Shown here piece after piece: positions 11,300 to 26,200 of a stretch of 64,000 nucleotides of DNA. The notes beneath the pieces are model-generated. The model saw nothing but the letters and a program-made list of their open reading frames with translations. It searched no databases and was not told where the DNA came from. Position 1 is the first letter of the stretch; every line of letters starts with the position of its first letter. Both the position numbers and the translations under genes were made by a program. The stretch comes from Squalus acanthias (Eukaryota), in NCBI GenBank assembly GCA_030390025.1, contig CM059425.1:15500001-15564000 (forward strand). Direction: 5' to 3'.

Positions 11300-14200
11300 G
11301 TAATGACAACAAGAGCTTACTCATCTCTATCGCGCCCTCATGTATAGACGTCTCAAAGTGCTCAGCACCCTCCTCCCATTTCGAGGGTTCGGTAATGCAA
11401 TGGCTCTGTTACTGGACTAGTAATCCGGAGAACACGAGTTCAAATCCCATCGTGGCGTTTTGAGAATTCGAAATCAGTTTTTAAAAATCTGGAAATAAAA
11501 AGCTGGTGTCAGTAATGATGACCAGGAAGCTGTCGGATTGTCATAAAAACCCAACTGGTTCACTACTGTCCTTTTAGGGAAGGAAACCTGCTGTCCTTAG
11601 CTGGTCTAGGCTATGTGTGACTCCAGTCCCACACCGACGTGGTTGACTCTTAACTGCCCTCTGGAGTGGCCTAGAAGGTCACTCAGTTGTATCAAACTGC
11701 TGCAGTGGTTGAAGAAGAAGGCAGCCCACCAGCTCCTTCTCAGGGCAACGAGGGATGGGCAATAAGTGCCAGCCTTGCCAGCGATGCCTATATCACTAGA
11801 ATAGATTTTTTAAAGTTCGGAAGTGACCGCAGTCTGCTGCAGCGGTCACTTCCGTTGGGTCATCCCTCGAGCTGTTGGAGGTGTTAGGCCGTCAGCCACC
11901 TCAGAGGCTAAACTTGACCAAGGTGTTAGGCTGTAGCCACCTCGAGGAAGCCTTCGCCCCTAACTGCCTGATTTCCTCTCTCGGTGGTCTATATTTATAG
12001 TAATTTCGGTGGGCTGGTAATCACCTGGTGTCAATCGTTTGATCCCCCATCCTATTGTCCAGTTGTGAAGCGGGAAGGCATCCCTCGCCGTCCCTTTCTG
12101 CATGACTGACAAGGCCTCCCTCTTATCTTTCTGAGGAATGCTTTGTTATGTTGCTTTAAGGACATTTTATGACTTTTCAGCTCCATTTTTGTCTATTGTC
12201 CCACCACCCTGTGTTGTTTTGCATTTTACGATTCCCTTATCACTTCTATTTATCTTTTGATGCTTGATATTTGACCTTGCTGGCATTTCTGCTATCTGTT
12301 CCCGGCTGCATTTTGTCAGTCTCTGTTCTAAGAATTAAAACCCCTCTTTGAATCTAACAGCTATTTCTTACAGATCAATGTGTAATGTGTCTGTGCAACT
12401 TGGGAGTCAAGCCGAGATCGAGAGCACTGAACCCAAGTGGTGTGAGACCTCTTCGAGGAGCCATCGGTGGCTATGTTGGGAATTTTTAAAACTTTGTACA
12501 GAACCTTTTGGCTGTTAGGACAAAGCGAGTTGCTCCTGCCGCACTCTCCCAACATTAAACATGAGCTGCCGGGAAGTGGGGGGGGTGCGGGGGGACGGGT
12601 GCGGGGGGCAAGGGGGCTGGCGGTGGGGATGGAAGCAGAGCTGTGCACAGCAGTCAAGGCACACAGACTGATGCTGGCCTGCAACATAACCAGGGCTTAG
12701 CAACTGAGCATTACAGCCAATAGATACCAGCCTCAGATCGATGGCTGCTGTCTAACCGAGGCCCAGCTGCTGTGTGCGCCTAGCAACTGATACTGTAAGA
12801 TGTCTGTCCTGGTTATAGTCGTCTCGGTCTCCGCCTGATAAGGTTACGAGGTAATTCATTAGATTCTCTTCCCTTTGAAAAGGGGCCCGTGTAAAATGTA
12901 TTGTAAAGCTGAGGGAGGGCGGAGCTGTTATTGGAAAAAATAAGGAATGTTTATAAAATATTATTACTGTACCGGATGAGGGAAAACCAGAATATTACTT
13001 CACAGTAAGTCAGAAGAGTAAAAAAGACTTGCATTTATACAGCGCCTTTCACTACCACCAGACGTCTCAAAGCGCTTTACAGCCAATGAAGTACTTGTTG
13101 TAATGTGGGAGACGTGGCGGCCAATTTGCACACAGCAAGGTCCCACAAACAGCAATGTGATAATGACCAGATAATCTGTTTTTGTTATGTTGATTGAGGG
13201 ATAAATATTGGCCAGGACCCCGGAGATAAGTCCCCTGCTCTTCTTCGAAATAGTGCCGTGGGATCTTTTACGTCCACCTGAGAGAGCAGACGGGGCCTCG
13301 GTTTAACGTCTCATCTGAAAGACGGCACCTCGACAGTGCAGCACTCCCTCAGCGCTGCACTGGGAGTGTCAGCCTAGATTTGTGTGCTCAAGTCTCTGGA
13401 GTGGGACTTGAACCCACAACCTTCTGACTCGAGGCGAGTGTGCTACCAACTGAGCCACGGCTGACACCAAAGGATATAAATAGTAATTGGCGAAAAGGAA
13501 ATTAGAGGGAGTGGAATTCTGTAGGGTTCCCCGGGTCTTAAGTCGGAGTTACAGAATAGATACTCTGCTCGAAGAGTGTTAGGTGTTTGCAGTAATGGAG
13601 GCAAAAAACATTTGGGTCAATCAAAAGTACACATGGATGCTGCAAGGGGAGATTTTAGGGTACTAGCTTTGACGGGCCGAATGGCCTTTCTCACCCTTGC
13701 CTTTTCTCATATCGACATATCACACCAGGTGAAATTTCAGAGTGAGGCATATCCAGGCCCCAGGGCTTAGTACTTTGGAATTGATTGTAATCAGTAAAGA
13801 ATTGATCTGATTACTGATTAACAGATTTGGAAATGGTGCATGACAGCCTTTAACCTGCTATGTGAGGTCTCCATTGTAATACTTACATAGAGATTAGGCC
13901 AAAAAGGGCTCCTTTTATCCCTTAAAGGGACCGTGCTACTACACTGGAGAAGCTTCCAGGCTTTTGGGTTTTCCCCCCACTCTGCTCCTCTGTAAAGCAT
14001 TAGCAAGACTGTACTTAAGAGAAGTTGGAGAGATAACGTTTCAGAGAAGAACAATGAAGACGATTCCCAGTTTCAGATGCGAGTTTAAGGAAGTTAGTAT
14101 TTTCACCGGGAGGGAGTGGGATGAAGGTGAAGGGACATTATCCAACCTGTTAAAATTGTGTGAATGTAGACAGTGATTCTGGGTCAAATCAGACCGCGTG

Positions 14201-17200
14201 TTCGTAGAGTGAGGAGTTATTCCTTAAAGTGGAAGGGAAGTGCAGGGGAATACTTCATGTTTCAAGCGCTACCTCTTTTCACAGAACAAATCAATACTCT
14301 TATCGTGAATTTCTTCGACTTTTAAAAAACCCCACCAATCTCATTGTTGTAGTGGCCCCGTCTTTGTTCAGCTGTTCCAGGCAATACTCCCACTGGAGCG
14401 GTTCCATTGCAAAGATCCAGGCTGCAAACTGGGAAATGAGCCTTCGTGAGAGCTCTCTGCGGCTCGAAGCTTCACCATAATTGACATCACCAGTGTGGCC
14501 TGGCAGGGGGGGAGTCCCTACCTGAGGGAGGGGGGGGGGGGGGGGGGCCAGGTGCAAGGGTTCCATGATATATTCAGAATCCACCCCCCTCCCCTTCCCT
14601 CCTGCTGCCATGGTAACCATTCTGCGGGAGTCTCAATACCTGAGTCCAGGATTCTGATCCAACCCAGAGAGAGGGGATGAAGTTAGAACTTAAGAACATA
14701 AGAAATAGGAGCAGGAGTAGGCAATGCGGCCATTCGAGCCATGATTACTAAGGTCATGGCTGATCTTCTACCTCAACTGCACTTTTCCGCCCTGTCCCCA
14801 TATCCCTTGATTCTGTTAAAGGATAGTCAGCATGGCTTTGTCAGGGGGAGATCATGTCTAACCAATTTGATTGAATTTTTCGAGGGGGTGACTAGGTGTG
14901 TGGATGAGGGTAGTGCAGTTGATGTAGTCTACATGGACTTCAATAAGGCTTTTGACAAAGTCCCACATGGGAGACTGGTCAAGAAGGTAAGAGCCCATGG
15001 GATCCAGGGCAATTTGGCACATTGGATCCAAAATTGGCTTAGTGGCAGGAGGCAGAGGATGATGGTCGAAGGTTGTTTTTGTGACTGGAAGCCTGTGTCC
15101 AGTGGTGTACCACAGGGATCGGTGCTGGGTCCTTTGCTGTTTGTAGTGTACGTTAATGATTTAGATTGAATGTAGGAGGTATGATCAGTAAGTTTGCAGA
15201 TGACACGAAAATTGGTGGAGTGGTAAATAGTGAGGAGGGAAGCCTCAGGTGACAGGACGATATAGACGGGTTGGTCAGATGGGCAGAACAGTGGCAAATG
15301 GAATTTAACCCTGAAAAGTGTGAGGTGATGCATTTTGAGAGGACTAACAAGGCAAGGGAATACACAATGAATGGTAGGATCCTAGGAAGGACAGAGGATC
15401 AGAGGGACCTTGGTGTGCATGTACATAGATCCCTGAAGGCAACAGGACAGGTAGATAAGGTAGTTAAAAAGGCATATGGGATACTTGCCTTCATTAGCCA
15501 AGGCATAGAATATAAGAGCAGGGAGGTTATGATGGAGCTGTACAAAACGCTAGTTAGGCCACAGCTGGAATACTGTGTGCAGTTCTGGTCGCCACACTAT
15601 AGGACGGATGTGATTGCATTGGAAAGGGTGCAGAGGAGATTCACCAGGATGTTACTTGGGCTGGAGCGCTTCAGCTATGAAGAGAGACTGGACAGTCTGG
15701 GGTTGTTTTCCTTAGAGCAGAGAAGGCTGAGGGGGGACCTGATTGAGGTGTACAAAATTATGAGGGGCATAGATAGGGTAGATAGAAAGGAACTTTTCCC
15801 CTTAGTAGAGGGGTCAATAACCGGGGGCATAGCTTCAAAGTAAGGGCAGGAGGTTTAGAGGGGATTTGAGGAAAAACTTTTTCACCCAGAGGGTGGTTGG
15901 AATCTGGAACTCACTGCCTGAAAGGGTGGTAGAGGCAGGAACCCTCACAACATTCAAGAAGCATTTAGATGAGCACTTGAAATGCCATAGCATACAAGGC
16001 TACGGACCAAGTGCTGGAAAATGGGATTAGAATAGACAGGGCTTGATGGCCGGCGCAGACATGATGGGCCAAAGGGCCTCTTTCTGTGCTGTATAACTCT
16101 ATGACTCTATGTTACTGTCCCCCCAAAAAAGTTCTACTCTATCCAATCACTCCGACAGGTCCTAACCAGATCCCCTAAGCATTGATATAAGAGAGAGGTA
16201 GATGACTGGTCTGTCAGTTCCCCTACGAGATAGTAACTGATGCAGCATTGGAACGGACCAGAAACCAAGTTCATATCAGCGCACAGGGGCTACTGCAGCT
16301 GCATCTCGACGCTCAGAATACCAGGGGTGGAGCGTCACATACACCGCTTCTTTCTCAGACAGCGGAAACACCGCACATCACCCACGGGTTTTATTATTTT
16401 ATAAGGGTGTGTGCTCCCCCAGAAAATGTCGACTTTTGACAATTTGTTTGGTGCCTTCTCCAGTATGTTGGAGCAGATTTTCTTTTTGAAATTTACATAA
16501 ATATTTCCTGCTGTGTGTGTGTTTGACTTCGAATGAGAGAATACAGCCCCACTGAGCTGGGCCAAGAACCATACAAGTGAGTTATGTACATTGTGGTAAT
16601 CGCTTAACTAAATAATATGCTTGTTTATTGACTCTTGCCTCTGTTCCTTTCTGGAGCCTGGGAATAATATGCTTGTTTATTGACTCTTGCCTCTGTTCCT
16701 TTCTTGAGCCTGGAAGTGACCTCTGATGATATTATTCTGATAGCCCTCTGTCCACTGGTTTTAACACAAGATAACACTTTAGTTAAAATAACACAGAGGA
16801 ATGTCAGATAAATGTGATAGGGGGGTTAGTCAGCTAACAGCTAGGCATTGGCCCCAGGATCGATCACTGATAATATAATAGTATATATAGTAGAAAAATA
16901 ACTCTTCATTAGAAACTGTCGCAGAGGCTTACAATCTGCATCAGGTGCTGACGGGTCATATCGCCCTGACCTTGTGTGACTTGTCAACTGATGCCTTTCG
17001 ATCTGAGATCTCTAGCCTGCAGAAACTAAAAGTGGGTGTGCTCAGTGTGCCTCCCCGCTGCACCTTTGCCTAGAGCTCAGTCCCTTGATTGCAGAAGTGT
17101 AACGCAAAGTTAACCATTAGATAATGCAGACCATGGCATGCTAGTTCGCCTTGTCCACATGTTCGATGCTTTCATGCTTTTCAGACCTGGAGGCCGCTTT

Positions 17201-20200
17201 CGGGCGTTCGGTCGTCTTCTTGATGACATCAGCTGGCAAGTTCTCGGTGCACTAGCACACACAGGGAGACCATGTGTAGGTTGGCATCAGCAGAGGTCCC
17301 TGGCTTCGACCTCCCTCGAAGACGGTGGACAGCGCTCAACCGAATCCACACAGGGCGTGGACGACGCGACCACCTGCTCCACAAGTGGAAGACGAGGCAT
17401 GACCCGAAGTGTGACTGTGGCCGTGAGTCCCAGACCATGGAACACATCACATCAATCCGCACACTGAGATCTGTTGCGGGAGGCACCTCATTTCTCCACT
17501 CGGCATCTCAGGAGGCCATCGAATGGCGAGCCAAACTAGACATCCCATTATTAGCTTTTCCTGCCATATGAAACAACAACAACAACCTTGCCCACAACAG
17601 TAGACCCAAAGGACACGGCTTGATCTTGAGGGGGTGGGGGGTAAATTCAAAACTAATCTGCAGGAAACAATGGGGTCAATACCTAACCCACCCGTTGGGG
17701 GACTGGTGGGATTGGGTGCAACGCTGGTTTTACTCCTCGCCTGATTTTACTCTCCATTGAAGTCAGTGGAAAGTAACATTGGGCGGGATGTAAAACCGGG
17801 GTTGCACCCAATCCAGTGGGTTTCCCTCCCGGCGATTTAGGTTAAAATTGCCCCCAATATTTCAGTGAGTGAGCGGTCAATCTATGGAACGGACTCCCAA
17901 GGGAGATGCTGGAAGCAGTTAGTGTTGATTCATCCCAATGCAAATTAGATAGATTTCTTTCAGAAAATAACATGTTGGGGATACAGTATATGAGTAACTT
18001 GAGACATGACGTGTGGTGAGTGTAACGTGCTTGGGAGGAACAGGTGACTTTGGACCTCTGCTTTCCAAAGCTCTCCACCACTGGGGGTTTTCCTCACCTC
18101 ATGTCTGGGTCTGTTGTAGACTAATTGATAGAGATTGCTTGTTAAGATTAGTCAACAACTCCCATTATTGTTGTATCATGCGACTGCCAGGATGGTAGAA
18201 GGCGAGCTAGATAGACCTTGGTCTTTGTTCGTCTAGCGATCCCTATGTTCCATCACTTGCTGGGGCAGAGTTACTACAGCGTGCGTCAGGCTGGAGGGAA
18301 TCTGTTGGTACTCAGTACAATTTCTTCAAGTTTTCCTAGCAGTCACTAGCTCTGTGGGATAGCTGCCTTCTGTTACGCTTGCCTCTCTGACTGTGCCAAA
18401 AATAACTTTAAAATGAGCTCTTTACAGCTCGGCGAGTTTGCCTGGGGAGTAGCTGACTCACATCCACAAGGAAGGTTTCAGGCTCATTTCCTGGCCTGTG
18501 TTGAGTTAGCTGGTCTGAGGTGGGGCAGCAGTAGGGGGCACTGCATTTTGCCTCAGCATCCTTGGGCCAGGTTACCTGCTCTAGATCGCGATCCAATAGC
18601 AACAGCAACTTGTATTTATATAGCACCTTTCACCACCACCAGACGTCCCAAAGCACTCTACAGCCAATGAAGTACTATTTTGAAGTGTAGTCACTTTTGT
18701 AATGTAGGAAACGCAGCAGCCAATTTGCACACAGCAAGATCCCACAAACAGCAATGTGATAATGACCAGATAATGTTTTTTTAGTGATGTTGATTGAGGG
18801 ATAACTCCCCTGATCTTTTTCGAAATAGTACCACAGGATCTTTTACATCCACCTGAGAGAGCAGACGGGGCCTCTGTTTAACATCTCATCCGAAAGACGG
18901 CACCTCCGACAGTGCAGCGCTCCCTCAGTACTGCACTGGGAGCGTCAGCCTAGATTTTTGTGCTCAAGTCTCTGCAGTGGGACTGTGAACCCACAACCTT
19001 CTGACTCAGAGATGAGGGTGCTACCAACTGAGCCACGGCTGACACCTTCAATGTAGATATGCATTCCCAAAGTACATCACAGATCGAAAAGATCTCTATC
19101 AGTGAGCTGGAAGTCCATGTGATGAGACTGGAATCGGGTTTAGTTGTGATTCCCCCTGTGGTCGAATAGCCCAGCAGCACTCACTGTCAAGGCACATGTA
19201 TGAAGAATGGTCACTTGGGTGAGGTACTGGAGGGTGCCCATGGAACCAGACCCCCAGCAAAGGAGTCAATGGCTTTTGAACAGGAGAAAATCACGCTGAG
19301 GTTAAACGTGATGTCATCACTTGGTTAAACTGCTGTTTTTCTGCCCTGTGTTTAGGCCGTTACTGGGAGACAGTTGAAAGGTTGAAGATCAACCAGTTCT
19401 ACGGGGCACCGACGGCAATCCGGCTCCTGTTGAAGTACGGAGACAAGTGGGTGAAGTCGTACGACCGGTCCTCGCTGAAAACACTAGGCTCAGGTCAGTG
19501 ACCGTGTGCGTGTGCGATGGAACCGCGCGATTGGCCATCAGAGGCTTCGCTGTTCAATGTTTCCCTGCTCGGGGACGGTGCTGAGGGAGGCCAAGGCAGC
19601 TCCCTGCAGGGTCAGAGGGAAGACCAGAGGGCGAGTCAACACACGCCCGGCTGATCTCACATGCCTCCCCAGAGGAGGTGCCCGTGGTAGATTGCTAGCC
19701 AGCTCTGTCAGTTTGGCAATGGGCAGAGGGACAGAAGATTAAGCAAAGGGGGAGGAGGGAACTGATCTCTGCTGTAGTCTGACTGGAATTAGTGGTGAAA
19801 CGCCAATCGCTCCCTGAGCCAGTACGACTGTGCGCTCAGGCATTGCTACAGACATGATTGATGGCTAGAGTCCTTGTGTTCCTGTCACTCGGCTTCTGGG
19901 AATAACGCGGAAGCTGATTCCCAAGAGATCAATGAATCATCGAATCATACAGCACAGAAGGAGGCCATTCGGCCCATCTTGCCTGTACCGGCTCTTTGAA
20001 AGAGCTATCCAATTAAACCCACTCCCCTGCTCTTTCGCCATAGCCCTGCAGATTTTTTCCTTTTCAAGTATATATCCAATTCCCTTTTGAACGTTACTAT
20101 TGAACCTGCCTCCTTCTTCTTCTTCTTAGGCAGTCCCTCGGAACCGAGGATGACTTGCTTCCACACTAAAAATGAGTTCTCAGGTGACTGATGAGTCCAA

Positions 20201-23200
20201 TGCGGGACCTACAGTCTCTGTCACAGGTGGGGCAGACGATGGTTGAAGGGGCGGGTGGGTGGAGTGCTTGGGTTGACGTGCGCTCCTTCCGCTGTTTGCG
20301 CTTGGCTTCCGCTTGCTCCCGGCGAAGAGACTCGAGGTGTTCGCCGCCTTCCCGGATGCTTCTCCTTCACTTTGTGCGGTCTTGGGCCAGGGATTCCCAG
20401 GTGTTGGTGGGGATGTTGCACTTTTTCAAGGAGGCTTTGAGGGTGTCCCTGAAGCGTTTCCTCTGCCCACCTGGGGCTCTCTTGCCGTGTCGGAGCTCCG
20501 AGTAGAGCGCTTGTTTTGGGAGTCTTGTATCGGGCATGCGGACGATGTGGCCCATCCATCGGAGCTGATCGAGCGTGGTCAAAGCTTTGATGCTGGGGAT
20601 GTTGGCCTGAGCGAGAACACTGACGTTGGTGCGCCTATCCTGCCAATGGATTTGCAGGATCTTGCGGAGGCAGCATTGGTGGTACCTCTTCAGTGCTTTG
20701 AGGTGCCTGCTGTACATGGTCCATGTCTCTGAAGCATACAGGAGGGCGGGTATCACTACTGCCCTGTAAACCATGAGCTTGGTGCTGGGTTTGAGGTCCT
20801 GGTCTTCAAACACTCTCTTCCTCTGGCGACCGAAGGCTGCACTGGCACACTGAAGGCGGTGTTGGCTGCCTCCACCACCCTTTCAGGCAGTGCATTCCAG
20901 ATCATAACAACTCGCTGTGTAAAAAAATTCTTCTCATCTCCCCCTGGCTTTTTTGACAAATATGTTAAATTTGTGTCCTCTGGTTACCGACCCTCCTGCC
21001 AATGGAAACAGTTTCTCCTCATTTACTCTATCAAAACCCCTCCTAATTTTGAAAACATCTATTAAATCTCCCCTTAACCTTCTCTGCTCTATGAAGAACA
21101 ACCCCAGCTTCTTTAGTATCTCCACATAACTGAAGTCCCTCATCCCTGGTACCATTCTAGTAAATCTCCTCTGCATCCTCTCCAAGGCCTTGACATCCTT
21201 CCTAAAGTGCGGTGTCCAGAATTGGATAACAATACTGCAGCTGAGGCCTAACCAGTGTTTTATAAAGGTTCAGCATAACCCCTGGTTCTCTGGTCAGTAG
21301 CTGAGGTTGGCTGAGTGCTCCGGTAGCACCATCCGACTTGTAACGTTACATCTCCTTCAGAGTATATCATAGCGCAGAGGTCTAACTCTTTTAATTGAAC
21401 CCTTCAAGAGTGTCAACAACCCAAAACAATCAAACAAAAGTGCCCCTTCCTAGAGGGGCACAACTAATAAAACCCAAATCATACAAAAGAAAGGAAACTT
21501 AATAAATTAAATAATATTGTTTCCAGTGTTGACTACGCCCTCCAGTCCCTGCGGCGTCCACCGGTCACAGAAGGCCTCAAGTGTACCGGCGGACACCGTG
21601 TGCTCCCTCTCCAGGGCCACCCAAGGTCAGACAAAGCTGCGGAAGAGAGGCAGGCAGAGCGACCGACCCCACGGGCCGTGTCCAACCTGGACCTGTGGAT
21701 GGCCTCTTTGGCCAGGCCCAGGAGCAGACCCACGAGGAGGTCCTCCGACTTGCCCACCCCTGCACCCCCCCAACCACCCCCCACACACCAGTGCAGAGGT
21801 CTAAAGCTCTTTAATAGAGATCCACAGAGCCGCTTTGCTGATTCTACGGTTGCCCACACACCTTGTCGCTTGGGAGGGGGTTTTGCTAAGTGATAAAACC
21901 AAACTGAGGTAAACTCTGCAACATTTACAAGGCCAACATTTATTCGCAGCAGCTGCTGTAAGTCTAACTGAACCTCGACTGACTGAAGTGTATGCTTGAC
22001 ATTGCCGCGTACCCACCAAGACTGGTTAAAAGGGAATTGGATATATATTTGGAAAGGGCTATGGGGAAAGAGAAAGGGAGTGGGAATAATTGGGTAGGTC
22101 TTTCAAAGAGCCAGCACAGGCACGATGGGTCGAATGGCCTCCTTCTGTGACCGGAGCCACGGTGTTCCAGAATTCAGTTACTAGTTTCAGGGTCTCCTTC
22201 AACATATTTATTTACCAATGAATGAAATTAACTTTTTCGTTCCGTTTGACCCTTGCCTTTTCAGTTGGAGAACCCATCAACTCCGAGGCTTGGAACTGGT
22301 ATTACAATGTGGTTGGGGAAGGAAGATGTCCGGTGGTGGATACCTGGTGGCAGACAGGTAAGAGGTTACTGCTACTGTAGGCCCGTTAGTATAACTATCA
22401 TGCAACGGCCATGCTCCGGTGTAAATGGTGTTTAATTCTTTCTTTCTCAACATGGGGGGGGGGGGCGGGGGTGAGGTGGAGGTCGAGGGGATCAGAACTG
22501 TTTCACATACACCAGTCCAGTGATCCTCTACTCGTGATCTCAGCTGTGTTGCTGGGTGAGGGTACTGAGTGAAGATCAGGTACTTCATTGTAGGGAGGGA
22601 GCAAGAATCGGGGGCAGACTTTCCCACGTGCTATGCATTCTATTGCATCAAGCACCGCTGGAACCTATATTTTTAGTGAAAGACTTGCATTTATATAGCG
22701 CCTTTCACGACCTCAGGACATCCTAAAGCGCTTCACAGCCAATGAAGTACTTTTTTTGAAAGAAAGACTTCAAGACTTGCATTTCTATAGCGCCTTTCCT
22801 GACCACCGGACGTCTCAAAGTGCTTTACAGCCAATTAAGTGCTTTTTGAAGTGTAGTCACTGTTGTAATGTAGGAATTGCGGCAGCTCATTTGCGCACAG
22901 CAAGCTCCCACAAACAGCAATGTGATAATGACCAGATAATCTGTTTTAGTGATGTTGGTTGAGGGATAAATATTGGCCAGGACACCGGGGATAACTCCCC
23001 CTGCTCTTCTTCGAAATAGTGCCGTGGGATCTTTTACGTCCACCTGGGAGAGCAGACGGGGCCTCGGTTTAACATCTCATCCGAAAGACGGCACCTCCGA
23101 CAGTGCAGCGCTCCCTCAGCACTGCACTGGAGTGTCAGCCTAGCTTTATGTGCTCAAGTCCTGTGAGTGGGACTTGAACCCACAACCTTCTGACTCAGAG

Positions 23201-26200
23201 GCGAGGGTGCTACCCACTGAGCCACAGCTGACATGTAGTCGCTGTTGTAATGTGGGAAACGCGGCGGCCAATTTGCGCACAGCAAGCTCCCACAAACAGC
23301 AGTGTGATAATGACCAGATAATCTGTTTTTTAGTGATGTTGTTTGAGGGATAAATATTGGCCGGGACACCGGGGAGAACTCCCCTGCACATTATATAGAT
23401 CGCGGTTTATAGAGTGCTATATACTAGAAGTGTTCCAGTGATCCCTTCCGCAGACCCCGTGCAGTGTCTCTGGTGGGCTGTATTGAAGGTGTGTGACCAC
23501 ACTGTCGGAGGCAGCCATGTGAGCTTGGTGCTCGAAGGCATTGGAACAGGAGTGGGCCATTCAAGTCCTGCTCACCTCATCTTCCGATCCTGAGCACTAA
23601 TTAGTTGTGAAACCGGTCAGTTTTGAATGATGTGGGTCCCACCTCCTGAATGGATGGTGGGTTCTCAACGGATAAATAAATAGGTACAGGTTAAGCTTAA
23701 AAATAAAATTTAAATGATAATGTAAGCGAGAAAAAGGGGAAGGTAATCCAAGCAACAGTTTTAAACTACCTTTAATTTTAGTGGTAATATTGTTTTTTAA
23801 ATGTAACTTTTTTCTCTTCCCACCCCACTCCTCTCCCCTGTTGACGTCCTGCTGGGATAGGGCCCTGTGGGTACTGAGTGCCCTCTAAAGAAAAAAGAAA
23901 GACTTGCATTTATATAGCGCCTTTCACGACCACCGGACGTCTCAAAGCGCTTCACAGCCAAGGAAGTACCTTTTGGAGTGTAGTTACTGTTGTAATGTAG
24001 GAAACTGGTGTATAGTCCCATGGATGCTGTAATATGGGCCCATATTTTCGATGGGCTGTGATGATATTAGAATAAGTGGGCCCAATCTCCTGATACTCGA
24101 ACCCCAGGAGCAGTCAATGTAAGGGTGGCTCGAGTGAGAGGGAGACTGTCCAAATATCTGGCTGTTAGTGAGGGGGCCTCACCATCATGCACTACTAATG
24201 CTGTAGCTGTGACATAAACCTTCCCGAGGTGCTCCGACATGTGGAGCGTGGAGCTGTCGGCCTGCCAGGATATCTGGGAAAGTCGATTGGAAAGCCTGAG
24301 TGAGTTGAGAGATACTCAATGCCTTGGCTATAAAATGCTGCAGTCCGGTGGGAGGGAGGGTCTGTGCTGTGATCGGGAGCCACTGCAGCTGTCCGAGCAG
24401 CTGTTTCTGTCGCTGAGGTTACCGGCCTTAAAGGAGCGTCGACAGCACGGAGAAATGTCTGGCAAGTTTCTTGGATAGAGAAGGACCTGAAGAGCTTTCC
24501 ATCTCTGATTAGTTGGTTGGTGCCCAGTGTCAAACTGTGTTATACACGGACCAAAGAGGCCCCAGGTTTAATGCCTGGTCTGTGGTCGATCGGCTGGTCT
24601 CAGTCAATAGTGATTAGCACGAGGGAAAGGGGGAAATAAATCGGGGTTCCCACTTGTAGTTCCTATCCAGTGAGTCCTGATGGATGTTGGGAAAAGACAG
24701 GACACCAGGCTCAGTAGTGATTCCCCCAGTGGTCGAATAGCCTGCCAACAACAACAACAACTTGCCTTTATATAGCGCCTTTAACATAGTAGAAGGTGCT
24801 TTGCGGGATCGTAAACAGATAAGTGAGCCGACACTCGCTGTGTTGGCTCACGCGTATAACGGCCACGGAGCTGTGGAACCACGCCCCAGAGCGGGTCTGG
24901 GCCTTCAGGAGACCAGGGAAGAAAAACTGGAGGAAAAGAAGAATGTCGTTGTGCGCAGGAGTGATTCGGCACGACTTACCACTTTGTGCCGTGCGTCTGC
25001 AAGCAGCCAAAGTTTTGCCAAATATTTGTGAAGACAGAGCCCCTTTAAGAGTGGCTAGCTTGATTAGAATGGCAGTCTAAGGAATGCATTGGTACAGGGA
25101 ACAGCGCTGGCTCCCGAATTAACTGGAAAATATTTTCTCCGATGGATTAAACTCACACCCTGAATCAGTGTGGGAAGATATGCGCTCAATATGTCTGTGA
25201 ATTGTATTAACCCTCTCCCTGCTGCTGGGTGAGCTACAGGCATTCCCAAGAAAACCAGCAGTGATTCTAATTCTGGGAAACGAGTAAAATGCTGATATCA
25301 GGAAGTTCTTCACACAAAGAGTGACCAACACATGGGATGGACTCCGGAATCGACAGTACAAGCTGGAAAACAGGGAATCACTTTAGAAACAGTTGGATTC
25401 TGTGATTGGGGAAAACGGTTCGTCCTTCAATATCGAAGAAGACAGGCAGATAGCATCTCATTTACTGCAGTCAGTTCTTTGGTGACGGATGAGACCTATT
25501 TTTACTCTGCAGGTTACACCATGTTGGGGATCATGATTCATAAGATGAGACTTCCTCATTTACATTCAGCATCAGCAATGCGACGGGCCTCAGAGTCGGA
25601 GGTTGCCTTCATGGACGGTTTTTCGCGGCGTTTTCTAATCTTGAGCAAGTTGTTCCCACTCATGGGCGTCTATTTTGCACCGTTTCAGTGCGGCTTTTAA
25701 GCTGTCTTCATATCTCTTTCGCTGTCCGCCACAAAAATTGCCCCCCAGTTGTCAGTGCGCCATAAAAGATCTTCGGGATCCGTTCACCAGACATTCGCAC
25801 CACACGACCTGACCATCCGAGTCGTGCCTTCATGATCAGAGCATCTATGCCTGGCACATCAGCTTTTTTAAGAACTTCTGTGCCAGCGATCTTGTCTTGC
25901 CATCTGATCTTCATTAGTCGTGTCAGTCAGCTCAGGTGAAAGGGTAGGGCCTGTCTTGATGGATGAAGCTAAGATGGGGTTGAAAAGCCTTCCTCACCTG
26001 TACGTGACCCTTGCGACGTTGGGTGGTAATGGTAATGGCGGGGAATAATATAATGGCACTTTTATATCATAAAAAGAAACACTTGCATTTCTATAGCGCC
26101 TTCACGACCTCAAGATGATCTAAAGCGCTTCACAGCCAATGAAGTACTTTTGAGGTGTGGTCACTGTTGTAATGTCGGAAACGGGGCACAGCAAGCTCCC

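Noticed and set aside
16611..16713. 52-bp tandem duplication followed by TGATGA...CTGA (box C/D-like)
   Set aside because: Ordinary local duplication; the boxes are too close together for a snoRNA.
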